DNA of 32,000 bases from Nostoc sp. PCC 7120 = FACHB-418 (GTDB lineage Bacteria; Cyanobacteriota; Cyanobacteriia; Cyanobacteriales; Nostocaceae): contig NC_003272.1 of assembly GCF_000009705.1 (NCBI RefSeq), positions 2,190,001 to 2,222,000 on the forward strand, given 5' to 3'. The position numbers and the translations under genes were made by a program. Below, in pieces: positions 20,384 through 28,102 of the stretch (position 1 is its first letter; every line of letters starts with the position of its first letter). Under the pieces are notes generated by a model. That model was not told where the DNA came from and ran no database searches. It saw nothing but the letters and a program-made list of their open reading frames with translations.

Positions 20384-20933
20384 GATTTACTAGTAGGGGA
20401 GAAATTTCTGAAAGTGACACAATCCAGTCTACTGTAACGGCAGATATTGCTGCTGTCGGCATGATGGCGCTGGCGGCTGTGGTGGGTTCCTGCACAACAG
20501 TGATACCCCCCCTAGCTTTAATTTTTTTCAGCCCTTGCATACCGTCCTGATTAGCCCCTGTTAATATTACACCAATGACTTGTTCCCCATAAATATCGGC
20601 AGCTGATTCAAACAGTACATCAATAGATGGTCTGGCATAAGAAACAGGCTCATCAGTAGACAGGGCAAAATAACCGGGTTCAACCAATAAATGATAATCG
20701 GCTGGAGCTAGGTAAACTTGTCCTGGTAAAATTTCGTCCTTGTCTTCCACCTCTCTAACGGGTAACAAAGCAGATTCTTGGATCATTCCCCTGAGAGTGC
20801 CATCAGAATTTTTATGACGATGTTGGACGATCGCCACTGGAAGTTGGAAGTCAGCCGGTAAATTTCCGAGAACAGTTTGCAGTGCTGATAATCCCCCTAA
20901 AGAAGTGCCAATAACTACAATTTTATAAGACAC
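20361..20933 (-). CDS. cheB: CheB-type protein-glutamate methylesterase, catalytic domain only (no receiver)
   Basis: 190 aa. VVIGTSLGGLSAL, VQHR and GVILTGANQDG are CheB_methylest motifs. It overlaps the kinase gene by 23 nt. Confidence 0.85.
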   Translation of the reverse strand: MSYKIVVIGTSLGGLSALQTVLGNLPADFQLPVAIVQHRHKNSDGTLRGMIQESALLPVREVEDKDEILPGQVYLAPADYHLLVEPGYFALSTDEPVSYARPSIDVLFESAADIYGEQVIGVILTGANQDGMQGLKKIKARGGITVVQEPTTAASAIMPTAAISAVTVDWIVSLSEISPLLVNLGYSTRK

Positions 20934-21769
20934 TAGTTTAGCCTCCGGTAGAGTTTCTCACCCTTGGCTATTTCTTCATAATACTGCTCGTAAGGAGTGA
21001 ATCTAATAGATTCTTGCTTTCCTAAACCCAAGATGCCAAAACTGCATAAACTATTGTGAAAAAGTGTGTGTACTCGTTTTTGCAGTATCTGATTGAAGTA
21101 GATTAAAACGTTCCGGCAGAATATGACATTAAACTCATTAAAAGAACTATCCGTGGCTAGATTATGCTGGGCAAAAATAATATTTTCTCGTAATGATGCC
21201 CGAAATATCGCATGGTCATAAGCCGCCGTGTAGTATTCGGAGAAAGACTGCTTACCACCTGCTTTTAAGTAAAGCTGAGTATATTCCTGCATCATTTTGA
21301 GCGGAAAAATCCCACTTTTGGCATTTTGTAATACTTTCTCATTAGTGTCGGTGGCATAAATCCGGCAACGGTGGTAAAGATTTTCTTCCTGTAGGAGGAT
21401 TGCCATTGAGTAAACTTCCTCTCCACTGGAACAGCCAGCGTGCCAAATACGGATAAATGGATAAGTGCGGAGGATGGGTACAACTTGATTTCTGAAAGCC
21501 AGATAGAAACTGGGGTCACGAAACATAGATGTGACATTTACCGTCAAACTCAGCAAAAATCTTTCTAGACAAGTGCGATCGTGCAGTAGTTGTTCTTGTA
21601 ATGCTGAAATATTATCTACACCCTCCAAGCGCATAAAGCTGTAAATGCGGCGTTTGAGCGAAGACACAGCATAGTTGCGGAAGTCATGACCGTAGTATTG
21701 GTAAACACCTTCTAACAGCAACTTGATTTCTATATCTTCTAAGCTGGGTTTGGGCAAAATCATAAACAA
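20933..21769 (-). CDS. cheR: CheR-type protein-glutamate O-methyltransferase
   Basis: 278 aa. TSMFRDP, IWHAGCSSGEEVYSMAI, ATDTN and IFCRNVLIYF are CheR SAM-MTase motifs. It overlaps cheB by 1 nt. Confidence 0.9.
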   Translation of the reverse strand: MFMILPKPSLEDIEIKLLLEGVYQYYGHDFRNYAVSSLKRRIYSFMRLEGVDNISALQEQLLHDRTCLERFLLSLTVNVTSMFRDPSFYLAFRNQVVPILRTYPFIRIWHAGCSSGEEVYSMAILLQEENLYHRCRIYATDTNEKVLQNAKSGIFPLKMMQEYTQLYLKAGGKQSFSEYYTAAYDHAIFRASLRENIIFAQHNLATDSSFNEFNVIFCRNVLIYFNQILQKRVHTLFHNSLCSFGILGLGKQESIRFTPYEQYYEEIAKGEKLYRRLN

Positions 21770-21792
21770 TTCAACATTAAAAATAAGAAAAC

Positions 21793-21811
21793 ACTCACAG
21801 AGTGAGTTTTT
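21793..21811 (-). terminator. Possible terminator hairpin downstream of the 21917-22735 gene
   Basis: ACTCAC-aga-GTGAGT, a 6-bp stem flanked by T/A runs on both strands. The loop is very short, so this is a weak call. Confidence 0.35.
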
Positions 21812-21916
21812 CAGCTATTGAGTTGGAGAAAATTTGACAGTTCATCGGCTGATGAAAACTTCAAGATATGAATTTGAGCCAACCAAATAATTATTGACTA
21901 GGAACTCAGCACTTTA

Positions 21917-22735
21917 TTACTTGCGTTTTTTATTTTTCTTTTGCTTCTTCGGCTTCTTACTCACAAGTGGTGCAAAACCACGGGGTTGTCCAAGTTCCTG
22001 CTTGTAGTAATTGATTAATTCTTCCAGCGCAAACCTTTTTTCGGGAACTTCTTCACGGGTTTTCAACCCCAATTCCACCTGTACATCATCCCAATCACCG
22101 ACAATGAAAGGTGGTACTCGATTAGCCACAAACGCTTGTTCTATCACTGGTGCAGACTCGACAGCTTGTAAATCAAGCAATTCACCAATCAAAAAAGCGT
22201 TAAATTCTGGGTCATTATTGGCAAAGTCTTCTAACCTTTGCGTCAACACTGCTACACATCGGTCACGTAAATCAGGATGTTTCTCAGCAATTTTAGTTAA
22301 GGCTGTAGCCGCATCGGCGAGTTGGTAAGCATCATGAGAAGAATCCCCCAGATATGCTTCTAGTGTAGGAATCGCCGCAGCCCCAACTGTAGCAAAGTAC
22401 TCAGCTAATTCGCCTGGTGTCCAATCGTCATCGACTTCGTGAAATAGATTTACCAGGGGTTGAATTGCTGCTTCTGCACTTAATTGAGTCAATACCCGTA
22501 TCGCATGGACTGGACTCCAGACTTCTACACTATCTTGGTCAGCATTATTTAATTCCGCATCGGTCGCCATGCGAATTAAGTCAGGAACATGGTCTGCATT
22601 AAAACCAAATTTCTGCACATAGTTGGGGATATCTCGCATCTTACTACAATCACCGTAGGTCAATAGCTTATCTACTGGAGATGGATAAATAGACGCTGCC
22701 ATATTAGTTATCTCTGCCTTTTTGGTTGTAACCAT
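21917..22735 (-). CDS. Hypothetical helical-repeat protein with Lys-rich C-terminal tail (possibly DUF1186-like)
   Basis: 272 aa, predicted all-alpha and acidic, ending in KKPKKQKKNKKRK. The family assignment comes only from recollection of similar cyanobacterial proteins. Confidence 0.6.
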   Translation of the reverse strand: MVTTKKAEITNMAASIYPSPVDKLLTYGDCSKMRDIPNYVQKFGFNADHVPDLIRMATDAELNNADQDSVEVWSPVHAIRVLTQLSAEAAIQPLVNLFHEVDDDWTPGELAEYFATVGAAAIPTLEAYLGDSSHDAYQLADAATALTKIAEKHPDLRDRCVAVLTQRLEDFANNDPEFNAFLIGELLDLQAVESAPVIEQAFVANRVPPFIVGDWDDVQVELGLKTREEVPEKRFALEELINYYKQELGQPRGFAPLVSKKPKKQKKNKKRK

Positions 22736-22894
22736 TATCCCTATGATTTGCCATCACTTGGAACAGAACTATTTGAACTACTTATATTTAGCATTGCCAA
22801 ACACTTATAAACTGATACAACGCTAAAGATGTAAAATTTTTGTTAAATTCATCGAGCATCAATAGTTTCCCATCATCCTTATCAGGTACTCAGC

Positions 22895-25108
22895 ATGACT
22901 GCAATCACACCCAAGGCTTCGTCAGCGCTTCCCGAATTTTCAGAAGGTATTCAATATTTTGGTGAGGCGCTACCAGATTTTGAAACTTATGGTGCCACAC
23001 CTGCGATAGAATCGGGAAAAGTAGCGATCGCAGATCCGAAAGACCCAAAAGCTGTGTATCAAACCTTACTAGCTGCTGATGCCCTCCGCTACTTAACACT
23101 ACAAGTCACTGCAAGTAAGGCATCTGGGCATCCCGGCGGCTTTGCTAGCCAAGCAGAAGCCTATGCAGCCTTGGTCATGCTGGGGTATAAAAACATTATT
23201 ACCGAAGTCGGACATCACGCACCAGGGTTTTATAGTGCCATGTTCCTCGATCGCTCCTTAGAGGATATGGGCATATCTACAGTACAACAATTGCGCGATC
23301 GCTTCCGCGAAAAGCATGGACTCTTAGGACACCTCTCCGGTTACATCCCCGGTATTCTCGCCCCCGCCGGCCCTCTAGGACAAGGACAGCACTTTGCAAT
23401 GGCGGCTGCACTCCTCCACCGTGACAAACTTTTCCCCTTCACCCTCGGCGACGGTGGACTAGGTGAACCCTACATCATGAGTTCAATGGCGCACTTTAAC
23501 ACCGCCTATCCCAGCGTCACCAACTTCTTACCGGTGTTAGTGTGGAACGGTTACAGCCAAGAACATCACAGCATGGTTTCCCTGAAAACCAACGCACAGA
23601 TGACAGCATTCTGGCAAGGTAATGGATTTGAGGAAGTCATCTTAGTTGATGCCAAAGAATTTGACGACCAAAACCAACCAGGGGATTATGTTGATAGTAC
23701 CGCCTTTTCCCTTGAGCAACGCCTAGCCTTTACCAAAGCGATACTCGTAGCTGTAGATAAAGCTGCCCGTTCCGCCCTGGGTGGGAAGTTAACAGTCTTT
23801 ATTATCAAACAACTCAAAGGTGCAGGCGTTCACGCCAGAGGTGCAAAATCACACAACCTCTACCCCAAAGACACCCTAGACGCACCCCACATTGTGAGTG
23901 CATTAAAAACCCGTGCATTACCCCTAGAAGCTTGGCAAATCGTCAGAACCAACGCCGAACGCGCAGGTGGCGGCCCCGCAGCTAAGACAGTGGTGACAGA
24001 ATTTGAGTTACCATTGCCAGATTTAGGCGCGTTACCTTTAGAAGAATACGCAGTAGGCGGCGAACCCAAAGTTTCAACCACCGCAATGGGACGAATTGTG
24101 GGTGCAGTCGGACAAAAAGATGCGAAATTCCTAGTCACCAACGCCGACGGAAACGAAGCATCAGGTATTGGTAACATCAACCAAGCCTTAAAGATTATCC
24201 ACCCCACCACCGACGAATTATATAACCAAGCACCAAACGGGCAAGTTTACGAACCCCTGAGTGAAGATGCTTGTGCAGGTTTAGCCGTTGGTTTATCCTT
24301 GATGGGTGCAAGAACCCTCTGGTGTTCTTATGAATCTTTCGCCATCAACGGTTTACCAATTTGGCAAACCGTCATCCAAGCAATGGCAGAATTACGCCGC
24401 CAAACACCTTCAACAATTACCTTATTCACCGCCGGCGCATTAGAACAAGGACGCAACGGTTGGACACACCAACGTCCTGAAATCGAAGCTTATTTTGCTT
24501 CCATGATGCGGAACGGCAATGTTTTTCCAGTATTCCCCCCCGATGCTAACAGTACCCAAGTTTGTTATGACTGGGCGTTGACAACTAAGAATAAAGGAAT
24601 TGTCATCACCACCAGTAAATCACCCTTACCAATTCGCACCAGTTTTGCACAAACTCGCCAAGGTTTAGAAGATGGCGCAGTAGTGTTACATGAAATTGCT
24701 GGTGGTAAGACAGTTGTGTTTGCTGTCATTGGTGATATGACATTAATTCCAGTATTTGAAGCCGCAGCTTTCTTAGAAACTGAAGGTATCGGAGTGAAGA
24801 TAGTTTCTATCATCAACCCCCGCCGTTTGTATCGTTCTCATGATGTAGCTTGGGATACCTGTTCTGAAGCTGATAACGGTTTCATTGATGATGCTAAATT
24901 CGCCGAATTATTTGCTGGCGATGCCTTAATTGGTGTCACTGGTGGCGCGGCGGCGATGTTAGAACCAATCATGTTGCGGAGTAACAGCAAGCGCGATACC
25001 TTCGCCTGGAAGCGTGGGGAAACTACAGCTAGTGCTGGTGAGTTGATGGCGTTTAATGGTTTGACTGCTGAGGCGTTGACTAAGCGGGCTATTGAATTGG
25101 TGCATTAA
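22895..25108 (+). CDS. Thiamine-diphosphate-dependent enzyme of the transketolase/phosphoketolase superfamily
   Basis: 737 aa. The motifs are transketolase-like SGHPGGFAS and a TPP-binding GDGGLGEP...N segment. The N-terminus does not look like a canonical Xfp phosphoketolase. Confidence 0.6.
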   Translation: MTAITPKASSALPEFSEGIQYFGEALPDFETYGATPAIESGKVAIADPKDPKAVYQTLLAADALRYLTLQVTASKASGHPGGFASQAEAYAALVMLGYKNIITEVGHHAPGFYSAMFLDRSLEDMGISTVQQLRDRFREKHGLLGHLSGYIPGILAPAGPLGQGQHFAMAAALLHRDKLFPFTLGDGGLGEPYIMSSMAHFNTAYPSVTNFLPVLVWNGYSQEHHSMVSLKTNAQMTAFWQGNGFEEVILVDAKEFDDQNQPGDYVDSTAFSLEQRLAFTKAILVAVDKAARSALGGKLTVFIIKQLKGAGVHARGAKSHNLYPKDTLDAPHIVSALKTRALPLEAWQIVRTNAERAGGGPAAKTVVTEFELPLPDLGALPLEEYAVGGEPKVSTTAMGRIVGAVGQKDAKFLVTNADGNEASGIGNINQALKIIHPTTDELYNQAPNGQVYEPLSEDACAGLAVGLSLMGARTLWCSYESFAINGLPIWQTVIQAMAELRRQTPSTITLFTAGALEQGRNGWTHQRPEIEAYFASMMRNGNVFPVFPPDANSTQVCYDWALTTKNKGIVITTSKSPLPIRTSFAQTRQGLEDGAVVLHEIAGGKTVVFAVIGDMTLIPVFEAAAFLETEGIGVKIVSIINPRRLYRSHDVAWDTCSEADNGFIDDAKFAELFAGDALIGVTGGAAAMLEPIMLRSNSKRDTFAWKRGETTASAGELMAFNGLTAEALTKRAIELVH

Positions 25109-25133
25109 TTTTCTATTTAATTGAGATATTATA

Positions 25134-25167
25134 TCCCTGCCAATTTTACAAGATGGTAGGGATTTTT
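25134..25167 (+). terminator. Rho-independent terminator after the TPP enzyme gene; also the left edge of the accessory region
   Basis: TCCCTGCCA-attttacaaga-TGGTAGGGA (9-bp stem with one G-U pair) followed by TTTTT. Confidence 0.7.
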
Positions 25168-25299
25168 CATATTGTAAATACTGAATTAAATACTCAGCTT
25201 TTCTTTAATTTGTTCATGATAATTCAATATTTTCCTATTTTTTTATCTAAAGTGCTACAGTAATTTTCATACTTAAGCTAACGTAATAACTCTTAGACC

Positions 25300-26013
25300 G
25301 TGATGCCTTCCAACTTCGAGCTAAGACTCAAACACTTAGAAGACAACATTAGACAAGACCAAGATTTGCTCAAAAAGTATCAAGATTCTTTGCGATATGA
25401 AGATGATCCACGCCGCCAGGCTAAGTACGAGCGGGAAATTCAGCAATTGCGTGAATCGGCTAATTGTTATCAGAAGGAATACGATGAACTGCAAATGCAA
25501 ATAACTGGTGAGTCAACTGTACAGATGCAGAACGTAGCTACCCAGTTGCAGCAGATGAACACCAAAATAGATAGATTGTATGCTGGTCAGAAGGCTATCT
25601 ATGAAAACATTAATCACTTACGTCAAGGACTACTAGCTCGTTATGATGCGGGTGAACAGAGGATAATTGCGGCACTTACTGAACAGTTAGATCAATCTCA
25701 GATGATTATGATTGCTACGGTTTTAGATGCAATAGAAACTAATCAAGTAACAGATGGAGAAATGCAATTAATCTTACAAGGAATACAGCAAAATATCAAT
25801 AAATTACAACAAAGTGGTACTGCTTTACCTCCTAGTCAATCAGCATTAGTGGAAGTGATCAATGCCCCTGAATTAGATTTCAAGCACAGATTGAAAGTTG
25901 GTATACCTATTGTCCCTTTTATTTTGGACTATGAAGGTGAATTAGAGCTAGGGACAGGAATAGACTTAGAAGCTGCTTGGAAAACTTTGATTATGCGATT
26001 GAAAGGAAAGTAA
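25300..26013 (+). CDS. Coiled-coil protein A of the ABC-3C/Lamassu-like operon; N-terminal helical hairpin shared with protein B, C-terminal hydrophobic/Gly motif
   Basis: 237 aa (GTG 25300 or ATG 25303). Heptad-rich throughout, with no catalytic motif seen. The C-terminus reads KHRLKVGIPIVPFILDYEGELELGTGIDLEAAWKTL. There is a 3-nt gap to the next gene. Confidence 0.75.
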   Translation: MMPSNFELRLKHLEDNIRQDQDLLKKYQDSLRYEDDPRRQAKYEREIQQLRESANCYQKEYDELQMQITGESTVQMQNVATQLQQMNTKIDRLYAGQKAIYENINHLRQGLLARYDAGEQRIIAALTEQLDQSQMIMIATVLDAIETNQVTDGEMQLILQGIQQNINKLQQSGTALPPSQSALVEVINAPELDFKHRLKVGIPIVPFILDYEGELELGTGIDLEAAWKTLIMRLKGK

Positions 26014-26016
26014 ATT

Positions 26017-26646
26017 GTGGAGATGGAGCAAGAACGTGAACAAGATTTAAAGAAACACATTGAAGAGGATAGAAAATTACAAAAAAAATTAGAAGATCAA
26101 TATCGATATACAGAGAATGAAAAAGAGAAGATTAAATTAGAAAAGGATATCAAAGAAATTCGACAAAGAATTTCTGGTTGGGAAGAAGAAATAAGCACAA
26201 TTAGTATGCAACGAAGAGAATCTATAGCTCGTGAAATGCCCTCTATTACATTTGATGAGCTAGATGTTGTGACTAAATTTATTCTTGGTATGCAACCTGC
26301 TTCTCCTGAAATTAACTTTAGCCTCACAGACATAACACAAAAAATATCAAAAAATCATCTCACCCAAGAGGTTCATTCTCTAATAACAATGGGAATGGGT
26401 AAAGTCAAAGATGTTGGTCGTTTTATTGAACATAATGCTGTTCTACGTCCTGAATTTCCAGACAAATTGACAGCAGGATTTCTTACGGAGTATCAAAAAT
26501 TATTACAAAAAGGAATTACAGGAGACGCTTTATTTGAGTCTTTACGTCAATTTTCCTGTGGTAATAGTTCAGATTTTAGGAAAGCCGCAGCTGGCTTGGC
26601 AGTTCTATCATATCTCTTCGAGAAATGTGAGGTGTTTGAGCGATGA
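26017..26646 (+). CDS. Protein B: N-terminal helical hairpin plus a C-terminal helical domain resembling ABC-three-component-system C-terminal (CTD) domains
   Basis: 209 aa (GTG 26017 or ATG 26023). Its stop overlaps the ATG of the next small gene (ATGA at 26643-26646). The C-terminal end AAAGLAVLSYLFEKCEVFER resembles endings I recall from ABC-3C effector-component CTDs. This is unverified. Confidence 0.7.
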   Translation: MEMEQEREQDLKKHIEEDRKLQKKLEDQYRYTENEKEKIKLEKDIKEIRQRISGWEEEISTISMQRRESIAREMPSITFDELDVVTKFILGMQPASPEINFSLTDITQKISKNHLTQEVHSLITMGMGKVKDVGRFIEHNAVLRPEFPDKLTAGFLTEYQKLLQKGITGDALFESLRQFSCGNSSDFRKAAAGLAVLSYLFEKCEVFER

Positions 26647-26787
26647 CCAATTCTATAGAATATTCTTCTACTTATAACTCCTCATTGATTTTACCAACAA
26701 AACATATTTCTACTATAGGAATCCTATTTGATTTGTGAACAAGACCAAGAGATAATACGGAGAGGGATAAAAGTCTAATAGTAAACA

Positions 26788-27357
26788 ATGAAAAGTCAGC
26801 ATTTACAAGCTACTACACTTGCGGGGGAAGTATCGCAGCAATATTTAAAAGAGGAAACTGCACTGAATGCGATTGCTGAATTACAAGATTTTATAGATAT
26901 GTGTCCAGATGCGCGTGAAGTAAGGAAAGCATTGGCAGTCAAGCTAGTTTATCAAGGTTACTTGTATGATGAAATCCAAAAAATTTTAGACGTATCGCGA
27001 GGGTCAATCACAGGCTGGAAGCAAGCCTATGAAGAAACTGGAATTGACGGACTGCGACTAAACTACAAAGGGAGAAAGAGCTATCTGAATGCTAAACAAC
27101 TCCAAGAGGTGTTGAGCTGGCTACAAACAAAAGATTGTTGGGAGCTTGGGGAACTAGAGTATCAACTAGCTTTTGAGTATGACGTAGTTTATGAGTCAAA
27201 GCAAAGCTACTACGACTTGTTCTCCGAAGCAGGAATCAGTTGGAAGAAAACCACAAAGGTAAATCCGAAAGCCGATGAGAATGCTGTTGCAGAAAAAAAA
27301 AAGAGATTGAAACATTGCTGGCAAATAACCGAGAAGAAATCGAAACAGGAAAGTTAA
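26788..27357 (+). CDS. IS630 transposase, N-terminal (HTH DNA-binding) frame
   Basis: 189 aa with helix-turn-helix-like segments (YDEIQKILDVSRGSITGWKQAY). An A10 run at 27293-27302 lies inside the overlap with the downstream frame. Confidence 0.85.
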   Translation: MKSQHLQATTLAGEVSQQYLKEETALNAIAELQDFIDMCPDAREVRKALAVKLVYQGYLYDEIQKILDVSRGSITGWKQAYEETGIDGLRLNYKGRKSYLNAKQLQEVLSWLQTKDCWELGELEYQLAFEYDVVYESKQSYYDLFSEAGISWKKTTKVNPKADENAVAEKKKRLKHCWQITEKKSKQES

Positions 27358-27899
27358 GAGTATTGTTAATTGATGAGTGTCATTTAATGTGGGGAGATTT
27401 AAGTGGTTATGTATGGGGAAAAAGTGACCAAGAAATCGCAGTCCCAGTTGTCAACGAGCGAGATAAGCAGACATACTATGGGGCAGTTGACTATCTCCTT
27501 GGAGAATTAGTTCTCAAAGCTTATGATGCTGGAAACTCAAAAAATACTATCAACTACCTAGAATACTTACTAGCTAACTCTCCCGACCAGCGATTACTAA
27601 TTTTTTGGGATGGGGCTAGCTACCACCGTTCCAAGGAAATTAGAGGTTTCTTGGACTCTGTTAATCAAAGCTTACCAACCGAGCAATGGAAAATACACTG
27701 TGTCCGTTTTGCCCCTAATTGCCCAGTACAAAATCCGATAGAGGATATTTGGTTACAAGCCAAAACATGGGTTAGACGTTTTTGTGCTTTAATTCCTTCA
27801 TTTTCACATTTAAAGTGGATATTTGAGTGGTTTATTAGACACACTACCTTTGATTTTGACACTCTACAGATGTACGGAACTTATTCAAAAATCAAATAG
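27315..27899 (+). CDS. IS630 transposase, catalytic DDE frame (-1 relative to the upstream frame; frame open from 27279)
   Basis: The motifs are LLIDECH, IFWDGASYHRS and NPIEDIW (DDE/D triad). A -1 shift on the A10 run would read ...AEKKKEIETLLANNREEIETGKLRVLLIDECH, a continuous transposase of about 370 aa. Confidence 0.85.
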   Translation: MLANNREEIETGKLRVLLIDECHLMWGDLSGYVWGKSDQEIAVPVVNERDKQTYYGAVDYLLGELVLKAYDAGNSKNTINYLEYLLANSPDQRLLIFWDGASYHRSKEIRGFLDSVNQSLPTEQWKIHCVRFAPNCPVQNPIEDIWLQAKTWVRRFCALIPSFSHLKWIFEWFIRHTTFDFDTLQMYGTYSKIK

Positions 27900-28102
27900 G
27901 ATTCCTATAGTTACTCTTTGTTAGGAGTAGGTGCTAAAATATTAGAACAATTGTACCAACCAAGAACAGTTTCATCTCTTTGGAGTGCTGTTTCTACCAT
28001 GCCAGAGGTTGCTACATTTGAACGTTTTGTACTAACGCTTGATCTTCTATACACTATAGGAGCAATTGAGATGGAGATGGGATTACTTCGGAGGTGTCAT
28101 CA

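Larger units (their letters stand above)
26716..27907 (+). mobile_element. Complete IS630/Tc1-mariner family insertion sequence (1192 bp) with TA target duplication
   Basis: The terminal inverted repeats are TAGGAATCCTATTTGATTTGTGAACAAG (left) and the reverse complement of the right end, TAGGAATCCTATTTGATTTTTGAATAAG. These match at 26 of 28 positions, and the first 19 are perfect. The element is flanked by TA at 26714-26715 and 27908-27909 and carries a two-frame transposase. Confidence 0.9.

Noticed and set aside
22895-25108. Calling the 737-aa protein a canonical Xfp phosphoketolase
   Set aside because: Its N-terminal motifs look transketolase-like and its length is atypical, so I kept a superfamily-level call.
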